In this document: positions 12,201 to 23,500 of the stretch, piece by piece | Layout: every line of letters begins with the position of its first letter | Numbering within the stretch: position 1 is the first letter of the stretch | Assembly (NCBI GenBank): GCA_047495785.1 | Contig: JBLDXI010000028.1 | Coordinates: forward strand, 1,116,001 to 1,180,000 | Origin: Lepidodermella squamata | Lineage: Eukaryota > Animalia > Gastrotricha | Length of the DNA stretch: 64,000 bases | Direction of reading: 5' to 3' | Translations under genes and position numbers: made by a program | The notes under the pieces: model-generated | Told to the model about the DNA's origin: nothing | Seen by the model: the letters and a program-made list of their open reading frames with translations, nothing else | Databases searched by the model: none

Positions 12201-14287
12201 CCCGTGATGCTCGCTGCGCTCGCGTTTCACGGCGGGGCAAGGTTTTCGCACCTTCGGTGCTCACTGTAAAAATTAAAAAATCCCCCTTAAATAAGCGGCT
12301 TCTTATTATGTTATTATGTTATTATGTAAGCTTCGCCTAGAGTAATATGTCATCTAGAATGCTGAGATTACTTAGCCCTATCAAATTTGCTGGCAAAAAT
12401 ATGATACTAGGGTTGGAAAGCTCTGGAAAGGTCTCGAACCTTAGAACGAACTTCATGAATATAGTTATTTTTATTTCTCTCTCCAAATCTCTCAACCATA
12501 CAACAACTATTAGGCAGTTTGCCGGCGGCGAACTTCGGCACGTCCAGAAGCAGATCGCGGATTAGTGGTCGAATCAGCGTCGTCTGCTTCTACAGTTTCT
12601 TGCCTAAATTCAAATATTTATTGTTCATTGATATCACATGAATAAGGGAGACAAAATAAGTGAAATATATCGATGACGCGGGGTCGCAAGATTATATGCG
12701 CTTGCCGGCGGCAGTGCGCTGTTGACACAAGTGGGCGGGGTGATGCCCCAAAACGCCAAAACGCCTGGTTAGGTCTAGTCGGCGAAGCTTGATGAACCAA
12801 AGCTGGAGCTAGTTTGCCTCGTCTCCCAGCCTTGCCACGCATGACCAATAGGACTGAATGGTACTTCGCTTCGATTCGATTGTGGCCGGGCAAGTGATGA
12901 GCGAGAGCGATTGCATGAGCGCACGGCATTTGCGGCTAAGAATGCAAAGGTGAATTGAATTTCGCCATAGGAAAAATTATCGAAGGAAAGCAACTGGACA
13001 GGCCCATTCAATCGGCCACTTGTTGTATGACCCAACATTCGACCACGGCGGCAATTACCGTATTTTCCGAATTAGTTTACACTGCCTTATAATTTTTTGT
13101 AAGCCATTCAAGTCCTGCCTTAAATTCCGGGTATGCCATTTATTTCGGGTCTGCCCTTATATTTTACAGATTCACAAAAACAACTCATCCCATAGGTTAG
13201 TTAGTCATCAATTTCATCGCCAGAGCAATAATTTTGGCACATACGGTATATGCTGTACGCTAAAAGAAAGTACGTTGAGTTTGGGAGATATTAAACCCGT
13301 TTCTAAGCAAGAAACTAGATGCATATCAAATCTCTTGTCTCCCGGCTTCTGGATAAGCCGTGGCGAAATCACCGCAACCACTCCGTTGTTTTGCTGTGTT
13401 GGCAAGGTTCGACGATGCATCTAAAGGACGTTCCGAGTTAGGGCTGTATGGAGTAGTATGGAGAGCAATCGCGTGCACCAGAGTTGGCTGTAACTGATTT
13501 TGTTGTCTGACACTTAACCCTCTGTAGAAAGACTTAACCCTCTGGTCGGGTAGAAAGCCTGGCTTCGCACTTCATAGGAATGGTTCTCAAAAATTCAATT
13601 ACATGAACAGTAGCATCTATGAGTTTTCGAAAATTCGAAAAATTGAGCTTTCCAGTGAAGTTCAGATCAAAGATTTAGCAAATTCGCCATCATTATGATT
13701 TATATTCTAATTCTGAATTCATATTAAATTTACCGTTATTTGTTTAGATATCCGTGCCTTCGACTCGTGCTGTCGAACTGACTGAGAAATTGCTGAAAAA
13801 CAGCGCCGTAAAATTGGCTGGTCTCGGCGCTCGAGACACCCTGCGCCTCGAAGCTGGCCTCTGCTTGTACGGCAATGACATCGACGAAACAACGACGCCC
13901 ATTGAAGCCGGTCTCACGTGGCTGATCGGCAAACGGCGCCGTCAAGCTGGTGATTTCCCAGGAGCCAGCATCATCCTAGCTCAACTGAAAGACTCGGCTA
14001 AGGTAACGCGGCGTCGCGTTGGCCTGAAAAGCCTGAGCGGGCCGCCGGCTCGGCATGATGCGAAAATCGTGCTGGCTTCGAATTCCAAGGCTGTTGTAGG
14101 CAAGGTTACCTCGGGAACTGTTGCGCCATCTCTGCCGAAATCGACGAATATCGCCATGGGCTATGTCGATTCGAAGGCGATTACGAAAAAGGAGAAGCTG
14201 GCGGTTGAAATTCGTGGCCGGGCTTATGAGGCTGAAATCGTCAAAATGCCATTTGTTCCAACTGGCTACTACACAAATGCGGCATAA
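9248..14287 (+). CDS. AMT: Aminomethyltransferase (glycine cleavage T protein), mitochondrial; exons 9248-9434, 11217-11698, 13748-14287
   Basis: KTALYDFH..GKMVPFAGW, LFDVSHM, VTRCGYTGEDGVE, AGLGARDTLRLEAGLCLYGND, KMPFVP; Arg-rich targeting peptide. Confidence 0.97.
9800..10000 (-). mobile_element. Probable 5' remnant of a non-LTR retrotransposon with a degenerate 2A-like motif
   Basis: LLFSGDIESNLGP (2A consensus DxExNPGP with P>L) at ~9893-9930; no RT downstream. Confidence 0.5.
11805..12340. repeat. Non-coding element with repeated CGAG-GCGAAGC-CGAG / CTCGCTTCGCTCG mini-hairpin motifs (AMT intron 2)
   Basis: Motifs at ~11869, 12112, 12145, 12174, 12210; related motifs at 19350-19400 and 19842-19885. 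Confidence 0.55.
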
Positions 14288-15137
14288 ATGACTGATTTTT
14301 TCCATATTTTTGCGAATTTTCTAATAATATCTACTGCTTTGATACAACTGTGGTTTCGGGTTGAATTGTATTATGGTTCATGTATTATTTTTGTTTACAA
14401 ATATGGGTGCTTTTTACGCCAAATACAACTCGTTTTGCTGGATGTGAATCTTTATTCATGAGCGATTCGCATAATATATCATTGCCATTTATTTCATCCC
14501 AATTTCGTGAGCGCTTTCTACGCTTTCATACGTGTAACATTCCCCATGTTATGCTAGATATTTTTTGTAGAATTTTTACATATTACAACAACGCATTCAG
14601 TATTTTTGCCTTCAACGGAATGGGCTTGAACAATGCACTTTTTAATGATTCATCGAAGATTTTATCGAATAAAATTCGGCACTTAGTTCGTGTTTTGATC
14701 GTTTTTAATGCGGAAATTCGAGGTAATTATGTTCATTCACTGCAACCAGTTTGAAACGGGAAAAGCGTCCGATAGAATGCCTGGAGATCATTCAAAATTG
14801 CGGCTTTATTGGATTAATTGTTACCGGCAAATCACTGGTTTCTCTTTCAGTCGGATAAATCGAAGGTGCCATGAGAGGCACGAGGGACGAAAAGTGCGAT
14901 GAATAAAATAACTAAATAAAATGATTTTAAGGAGGGAGGGGAGGTACCCCGAAACGGTAACCATCGGGATCTCCAATAACTTGCTACCTTCGGATTTTGA
15001 CTGTCAAAGCCAGCTTGTTGTAGGGACCTGATAACTAACTGATGCATGTATACACTCAGAATTCAGAAATAAAAAATTCCACCTTAATTTTTTTCCATGC
15101 TTGTTCGATTTTTCGCGAATTTCTTGCATTCAAAAAG

Positions 15138-16352
15138 ATGCGCGGTTTCAGTGGTGTAAAGCTTTTTAAACCGAATTATCAACCATGGCGGTTAGCTCCA
15201 GTTTTACAACGCGAGCGTAATTTTATCTGTGGCCTTCTAAGCAAAACGAAGCCGATCAAACGTCCAGATTCTGTTTTGAACTTGAAATCCCAACACAAAC
15301 AGAACAAACAGACTTTGCGAAGAACTGAATCAGCCCCAGCAATCATCACGCTCGAAAAAAGTCGAACTATCCCCAAACCAGTCGATGGGAATGAGTTAGC
15401 GACTCGGTTCCATGTTGCTGACAACGAATTCAACAACCAAGACTACAAATTGCGGCGAAAAGTTCGTATAGGTCGCTACGACATTCCGGTTTTGAAGCGA
15501 GATGAAATTACAGTTGTCAAGGACCCACTATCAGAAAAGGATGTCGCCAAATGCTTGGGACAGGGCGCAAATGGGCGTTGCTTCCTAGCCGAATTTCGAG
15601 GCCAGCTGGTTGTTGTAAAAGAGTTGCTCGATAAGCTGCGCCCAGATGCTGTGGAAATATACCAGAACGAGATTGAACACATGTGTAGGCTCAACTACAC
15701 CGATGCCACCCCGAAATTCTACGGCGTCATTGAAATGTGTGCCAACATCGACCCGAAACGCAGTGGCCACCTTGTCATTGAATTTATAGGTGATCGCTCG
15801 CTGAAACAGCCGATTACCCTCGAATGGCTCATGTATAAAAACGAAAACTCAGACTTGGTCGATGGTTATGGCTGGTTTCAAATCTGTGCCTCGATTTGCC
15901 GGAAGATGCAGAGACTTCACGACGCGAACTTGATTCATTGCGATCTCAAGCCGAATAACATCGTAATGAAGCCAATTTACTGCCATGGTTCGAAGAATAT
16001 GCATCACTTGGAGCCATTGATCATCGATCTTGGTCTGGCGTTAGATGAGCGTAGGCAGCAGTTCAGCCTTATTGCCATAAGTCACCCGTCCGGTTTTATT
16101 GCCACTCACCCATTCGTCGCGCCTGAGTTGGCTCGAGGTGCAGAGCTATCAGCGCAGACGGATATTTTTTCCGTTGGGGCGATCATCCGCGAAATTGGGG
16201 TTCGGCATAAAATTCCAGTTTTGGCTGAGATCGGCGTTCGGGTGACTCAGCTCGAGCCCGGTGCCAGGACACGCTTGGATAAATTGGCTGCTATCATCGA
16301 GGATCAAATGAAAAACTGGCTGGTTATGCTGGCAAGGGAGAGCTACGGGTAA
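15138..16352 (+). CDS. Intronless Ser/Thr-type protein kinase of unknown family
   Basis: GQGANG loop, VVVKE, IHCDLKPNNI, IIDLG, FVAPE, TDIFSVG; start chosen at ATG 15138 (ORF opens at 15042). Confidence 0.85.
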   Translation: MRGFSGVKLFKPNYQPWRLAPVLQRERNFICGLLSKTKPIKRPDSVLNLKSQHKQNKQTLRRTESAPAIITLEKSRTIPKPVDGNELATRFHVADNEFNNQDYKLRRKVRIGRYDIPVLKRDEITVVKDPLSEKDVAKCLGQGANGRCFLAEFRGQLVVVKELLDKLRPDAVEIYQNEIEHMCRLNYTDATPKFYGVIEMCANIDPKRSGHLVIEFIGDRSLKQPITLEWLMYKNENSDLVDGYGWFQICASICRKMQRLHDANLIHCDLKPNNIVMKPIYCHGSKNMHHLEPLIIDLGLALDERRQQFSLIAISHPSGFIATHPFVAPELARGAELSAQTDIFSVGAIIREIGVRHKIPVLAEIGVRVTQLEPGARTRLDKLAAIIEDQMKNWLVMLARESYG

Positions 16353-16789
16353 ATTCGTTGATAACTGTATACACTAACTTATACACCGAGTTTACAGGTG
16401 CCTTCTCAGCGATAAAACAATTGTTACCTCGAACCCCAGAATGATCGCCTGGCGAAAATGGAGAGCGTACTGGCAAAGTAAAGCTCGGCAAGCAGCAGCT
16501 AAAAGGAAAGGCACTCAACAACTAGCGAAAACTAATTTTTCAAAAAATTGATGACGGTTTAGTGCATAAGTTGTCAATTCATGTTCAATATGGAAATGGA
16601 GTTGATAATTATTTTACAAAATACGTTCAAGTTAAAAGTCCTATGATCTAGTGCCGTTGGAACTTTTAAAAGGTGTTTCGTGGTTATCACCGCTAGATAG
16701 TTAATAAAATAACTGATTGTATGAAATGTTTCTTAATGACTTCATTAATTTCAGTTAATTTTTATTCTTGAAATTCGATTCGCAACAGT

Positions 16790-17256
16790 ATTTATCAGAT
16801 TTCTTTAAGCCATGTTTGGATATACAGCACAGCTTAGAATATGTTGCAGACATTTTCACCGCTGTAACATCGCCCTGCTTGCGCCAATCGAGCGTTGGCG
16901 GTAAAGCTACCCTGCCTATAATAGGAGGCGTATCGCTGGAATTAAACTCATTCCAGTCGCTAGGAATCGCGCCACCGTTGTAGAAAGCGTCAAATTCACT
17001 TTGGCTCATATCCGAAGAGTCATCCAAGCCCATTTTGTACATATGGCATCATCGCGGCTGTTGTGGCTTTCCAACTTGTTATTATTCTGCACGAAAATTT
17101 CGTAACGACGTACTCTTCGTCATAGCTGTCATAAGATTTGGTGTTGTAATCCGCCTTCCATTTCTGCCAAGTTATATCATCGGGCATCGATAGGCTGTAA
17201 TGTACCTTGCCTCCTGTCGGCACTTCGTCGGTGTTCAAATCCGAGAAACAGTTCAT
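16790..17256 (-). pseudogene. Papain-family (C1A, cathepsin L-like) fragment: I29 propeptide + start of mature domain
   Basis: WQKWKADY.K.Y...EE, YKMGL..SDMSQSEF, LPPTLDWRKQGDVTAVK; frameshift near 17045; catalytic QGxCGSCW absent. Confidence 0.75.
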
Positions 17257-17387
17257 ACCCTGCGTGCAAGATATTTCTTTTTGACTGTTGTGGTGCTTTA
17301 CCTCGGCTGCTGTTTTTATAGATCAAATGGCAGAATAATTTATCGTTCACGCTGATGTAGGTTTTGTTACATTCCTTCTTCCAGTCT

Positions 17388-18905
17388 TATTTATTTATTT
17401 ATTTATTTATTTATGAGCATTAATATCCAAGGGATGTAGGACAGCTCAGCTGAAAAAGAAGCATGATTAGTACAATTAGATTCGACGTGAAGAGGTCATT
17501 ATGTAGATATCAACAAAGAAAGTTAGGAAAGTTAGGAAAAAGACAATGACATGCATACCAGTATAAAAATATCGTATTTAGACTCAACAAGGAATTAGAA
17601 ATTAATCATCAGTAACGGTATTTACAATTTCACCGCTTGCCTCGATGACGTCACAACCTTCCTCAGTGTTTGCAGTAGGTTCAGACAGTAAATAATGATA
17701 AGTTAGGTTCCGGCATTGATCCGCGCTGGTAGCTAAGCGAATTTCGTTCGGCAAGCCATTCCAGAACGTGGCGCCACGGTATCGAAGGCATCGCATCGAA
17801 GTATCGGTCTTCACGCGAGGGACAACCAGCAGGTTGTTCGATGCATTTATGTTGACTTGCCTCCTTGTGACCCCAGCGGTTTTCTCTTGCAGTTTGAAGA
17901 ACTCGGCTAAGGCAGCCGGTGCTTCGCCATTGATGCAGCGCCATATCATGGTTGCCAGATGAACTTTCCTTTTACCATCAAGGTCTAGCCATTTTAGCTT
18001 TTTCCTCAGAGATTCGATGTCATCGTTTTCATTCGCATGACAAATTATGCGAATGGCTTTGTCCTGTCGTCGTTGAAGGCGCTCTAAGTTAGTTTTTGCC
18101 GCTTGGGCTAGGACGCTGTCACAGTACATTAGGTGACAGAAGATGACACCATTAGCCATCAATTTGAGGGTTTTTCGATCAAGGAATTTAGCCGCAAATT
18201 ATAGAGCAAAGAGACCACCCCTGGTTTTGTTACCCACATGTTTGAGCTGTTCAGTGTGCAATAGTTTGTTGTCAATAATATAGCCCAGGACTTTGAGCGA
18301 TGTGGTGATTTCAACTCTCGTATTTTCGATTTTGATGGAGATTTCTGGGGGAGGTGCATCGGGATCAGTGGCTATGATTATCATCTGCGACTTTTTTCCA
18401 TTGACTAGTAAGCTATTTGCTGCTAACCAGTCACTCAACCGGTTGATGTCGGATTGAAGGCGATCCTGAAGGCGTTCAACGTTTTTATCTGACAAGTAAA
18501 TAGTGGTGTCATCAGCGAATTGAGCTATTTTCGAATATATTGGAATCGAAGCCATTTCATTTACGTAGATGGTAAATAGCAATGGCCCTAGGACACTGCC
18601 CTGTGGTACGCCGAATTCCACCTTAGCTTTACTTGAGCGACTTTGGTTAATTTCTACATACTGGTAACGATCACTGAGATAGTTTTCGATCAACTGAATA
18701 GCTTCCAGTTCAAATCCTGCACTAGCCAAGGACCTATAGATGCCTTCATGGTGTAGCGAGTCAAAGGCCTTGCTCAAGTCAATAGCTACTGCTGCGACTG
18801 TTTCCCTTTTTTCGTGCGAAATGTGCCAGTCTTCGGTGAGTTTTGCAAGGCAGCTGTCTGTTGAATGGAATTTGCGGAACCCAAACTGTGTAGGCGACAA
18901 GAACC
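17388..18905 (-). mobile_element. 5'-truncated L2/CR1-type LINE (RT C-terminal half) with (TAAA)n tail
   Basis: QFGFR, DLSKAFD, GVPQGSVLGPLLF, FADDT, FWNGLP..IR; in-frame premature stop at 18199-18201; (TTAT)n at 17388-17413 is the 3' tail. Confidence 0.93.
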
Positions 18906-19289
18906 TTGTTTCCGGCTTATTTAAATGCGATTTAATTTGGAACGAAGTCTTGCCATACTTGTTCCTGTATCAGTCCTGTCCGTGTCAGTGCATTCAGCAA
19001 AATGCCAAGGTCACGGGGAATGTATCCGGGCGCTATCTTCTCCCAGCCTTGGGTTTGAGCTTTTCATGAAAAGGCACAAGGTCTGAAGGTGAAACTTACC
19101 TTCTACCGAAGCGATGACAATAATCAGGAACAAAAATGAGGTGCTCATAACTTTTGCCTGTTTAAAGCTAAAATCGCTGCTATTTAGTATTCATTTCAAA
19201 GGATACCTGCTTCGAATAGTTTATCACAATTTTTAAGCAAATTTATTCCAAGTCAAGCTTCAACCCAACAGCTATGCGGCTGGCCACAA

Positions 19290-19910
19290 AAACATGAGTA
19301 TGTTATCATACAAGCTCTCGGCGATAGCCGCTCGTGCTGAATTTTATCTGACGAGGCGCCAGCCGAGTCCCAAAAAGACGAGGCGTAGCCGAGTCGGGGC
19401 ACGAGCGGCTATTGCAGAGAGCGAGGATGCATAACAATTCGTATACCACACCAGATGTGGATCGCTTGACGATTTAAAATGTTTGCTGAGTATCAGGTGA
19501 AGTTGCAATATTTACCAACAATTTCGGCAAAATTCTGTTTGCAGGGTAACATCAGTTTGAAAAACAACACCTGATGCTGCTCGCGCATTTCGAAGCTTAT
19601 TTGTTTCTTCATTTCATTTTGCAAAATTTGTTGGTCGATGCAACATCCATTTCCAGGACTAAAAACTAAGCAAAAGGTACTGACCAGGCGTTCCCGGGAT
19701 GAAACAAATAGGCAAGAAGCCTGCATTTAGAGAGCTCCAAGAAAATTGAAAATAATCGTCAATTTGAAAATTCACAGCGAGAATTCACCAAGATTTCGAG
19801 GGTGACTTCAAAATTCCCGATGAATACTAAACAATTATTAACCTCGGCTACGCCTCGGAAAATGGCTCGGTTTCACCTCGCCGAATTCACTGGGCCTTGC
19901 GGCCCATGTT
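19290..19910. repeat. Second element with CGAGGCG(T/A)AGCCGAG mini-hairpin motifs in opposite orientation at its two ends
   Basis: CGAGGCGCCAGCCGAG and CGAGGCGTAGCCGAG (19352-19395) vs CCTCGGCTACGCCTCGG (19842). Confidence 0.5.
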
Positions 19911-19969
19911 GGTGCAACATCATTTTCTTGTTTTCAGCCTAATTCCCGCTAAATTTGATAAATTTCAAA

Positions 19970-20085
19970 ATCATAAATTTACAACTTATCAGGTTTACGA
20001 CCCCATCTAAATTACTTATCAGGTTTACGACACCGGCGTCTAAATTACTTATCGGTTTTATGGCCCCATCTAAATCACTTATTTA
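19970..20085. repeat. Minisatellite, ~30-nt unit (CTAAATTACTTATCAGGTTTACGACCCCAT), 3-4 copies
   Basis: Repeated acttatcaggtttacgac / tctaaattacttatc. Confidence 0.8.
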
Positions 20086-20558
20086 TCTGCATCGAGCTAG
20101 AAATTCAGTGACGATAAATTTTATCCACTTTTACGATCTCTATTTTTAGTAACAATCTGGCGCCTCAGCAAACACAGGTGTCACCAGCCTGTGAAATAAC
20201 AATTTCCTACCATTTTATCATTTTTGGGACGCTAATGCAAAGAGTCAGGCGATCAACAGGTGGTGTAGTATACGTGCTACCCTCTGCAGGACCCAAGGCC
20301 TCGAAATCAGCTAGGGTCTATTCGACCCTCAATAACCGGTTTTTCAAATCGATATAATACAAAGATTTCAATATGCTCCTTGCCAATCTCAAACTCAAAT
20401 TACCAAACGACCGGGCAGCTTTTATTTTTCTAGATTTCATTTTAAATCGAGCTATAAGAACCGAACGAAAGAATTGATCACAAATAAATCCTAGCCATGA
20501 AATCAAAGTTTATAACACTAGTTTGACAGTCCGTTTCCTCGGCCGAGAATCGATCCTC

Positions 20559-23500
20559 TCAATCGCACCATTTGAAATCGAGGGCGAGTTGAATGAACGT
20601 CCAAACATCGGTTTGTTGTTCAATCTGAAAAAAATCGATGAAAATAACAAGGTTCGACTAAAATTATGATAAAATTTACAATTTTGCCAGTCGGACGGCC
20701 AAATCCGTGCCCGACGCGAGATTCAATGCGCATGAGGAAAGGTCCGAAATTCGCTTTTCCGCAGTGTCCCAACTTGTGTTGGATCTCAGCAGTGTACTTC
20801 ATAGAGTGAAGCGGCACAACGCGGTCGTCGTGATCGGCCGTCACGATCAGAAGCGCCGGAAATCGCTCGATATCGCCGTGCTCAGGAACAGTGTGCAGAG
20901 GCGAGTACTTGATGAGCCATTCAAATTCCTCCGGATTATCGGCACAGCCGTAGTCGGTGGTCCAAGCGTGGCCGATGGTGAAGCGGTGGAAGCGCAGCAT
21001 GTCCAACACACCGACTAAATTAGATAAATTTTCAAACATTCAGCGAATTGTTAAATTATAGATGAAATTTTCAATTTCGGATAAATGAAAAGACGTCCTT
21101 TGAAGTCCTATGACAAGTATAGTTCATAGAACATCAGCCAATCAGCCAACACGGTGCGAGTACTGCGATAAGTTATTTGCTACGAAACATGGCTTGAAGA
21201 TTCACCTAGGCAGAGCCCACAAGGGTGCGGCGCAGCTTGATGCAAACACCACAGGTATTCCGGCTATTAAGTCCGGCTAAGATACGGGAATAAAGTTATA
21301 CCGTGACTTGGGTCATCTTTAGTGAGAGATAGCATGATCGAGCCTTATTGGTTGCTTCTACGACCTCTCCGCTTCTATTTCATCAGCGGCGAGTGAAGTC
21401 CCCTGCCACCAGAGCTACTGGCAACGCCACCGAACCCATTCTGAGCCGCGCCTGTTGATCCTATTCAACATATTCAGTCAACCAACCAACAGAGCCTTGG
21501 GACATGCAGCCGTTACACCAGCACGTTCAACAGCCTGGAGCTTTTCCCTTCGTTGAAGAGCCAGTCTAACCTAGACTGGGCATCCTGAAACTGCGGGTCC
21601 AACTGGGTGATATTTCCAGACGTTTGACTGATCATTGACTGATGTGAGTGATCATTTGATTTTAATTTCCGAAACTTTCTTCCAATTTCACCATGTTACT
21701 CTGGCGCTTTGTTTCATTGTTTCACATTTTTGCTATAGAAAGCATCCGCCAGAAGATGGATTTTCGGCGGATCGAACAATGACGAAACACTGAATTGCAA
21801 AACTCTTGGTATTGAATTTTGCTTATTATCCAACAAAACATCTCATCTTTTCATTGGCGTCCGTGTATTTTTCAATTTAAATGTTCAATTCAAATGCAAT
21901 GTAACATCCGAACGGCTTATCGATATCGAAAAAGAGAAAAACATTCATTTCACCTCTCTGAAGTCTTAGGACCAGTCGCTACCATTATTCCAGCGTGCTC
22001 CTTATTCTGGTAATGCTGAAGTCTGACTTTCGAATGCATTTGGATCGACTACAAAGCCATTCGCTTATAACGTTAGAAGAAATACTGGTGCAATCAAAGG
22101 CGAAAGAAATAAAACGGGCTCGAGTCGCCGGGTAACTTCCAGAGACAAAAAGCCCGAACTTCGTGGTGAATTTGGCACTTTGCCCCGACTTCTGCGAGCT
22201 TCTCGGCTCTACCTCGGCAAAGCCTCAACGTGTGGCATCTTAATATAAATATTAAACCTATGTCGGGTAGCTGGCCTATAGCAACGTTTAGCATGATGGC
22301 AAGTGTTAAGTGTTACAGCAAAAACGTTGAAATGAAACTCTACCTTCTGCAACTCCGGCACCGAATAGATCCGGTCGCTGGTTGACGCAAGCCGCGACCA
22401 ACAGACCGCCGTTCGACCCGCCGCTGATTACCAGTCGCTTCTGGCTCGTGTACTTCTCAGCGATGAGATATTCGGCCGCTGACTGGAAGTCGTCGAAGCA
22501 GTTCTGCTTTTTGCCCAACGAGCCAGCCTTGTGCCACGTTTCACCGTACTCGCCACCGCCGCGAATGTTCGCCACGGCGTAGATGCCTTTGAAGTTTGAC
22601 AGAAAAACGAGGCGAGTAACGCTGAACGAGGGCAGAAGTGAGATGTTGAAACCTCCATAGCTACAACAAATGCAACAAATATTTTCATGAAATTCTACTT
22701 AAAAATGAGGTATGCGACGATTTTGAGGTTCATTCAGTGGTCAAAATCCTTGTCAAAATCCACGAACGATAAGAAACAGTTCTTTGCTCCACAAATAAGA
22801 TTCAGGGCCAAACTTTTCATTTCGTCGGTCTTTCTCTACATCGTAATGAGTTCTTTTCCCATGGTCAACTTTACGTTGAAGGGGTGAAAGGGTTAACGAT
22901 CAAATATAATTTCTAGCCTATCTTGAATGCTACGAAATGGGAAGATTAGTAGAAATCAGTGTGCAAACGTACCCGTAGAGCCAAACAGGATTGCTGCCGT
23001 CGAGCACCACGGATTTCGGTAGAATAATGAACATTGGAATAGAGGTGCCATCTTTCGACTTGTAAAACACCTGCTTCACTTCATATTCATCCGAGTTGAA
23101 CCCAGCAAGGGCGATCTGCTTCAGCAACTGCGGCCCCTTCTTGCAATCCGGATCTTCGTTGAAATTCCAATAGAAAATCTTGCCAGGGCTCAGGAATGTC
23201 GAAATTTGAATGAACAGCTCAGTGTCCTTCTTCTTACCAGAAAACCCGACAACTTCACAAATTTCAAGCGGAACTTGAATGTCGAGCCGATTGCCGGTTT
23301 TGAGGTCATGAGCTCGAATAACATCTTTCACATTGTGGATATAGCACGCGAATAGCAAGTCGTTCCTCGTGCAGGAGACCCACTTCAAAACATCAACAGG
23401 GTCTTCTTCAATCAAAGTCTTCCAATTGCTCTGCTCGGGATGCGCAAAATCGATAATAATCACCTTGTAACGCGGCGCATTGAGATTTGTTTTGAAGGTG

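Noticed and set aside
19970-20085. CRISPR-like repeat array
   Set aside because: Head-to-tail minisatellite without unique spacers, in a eukaryotic context
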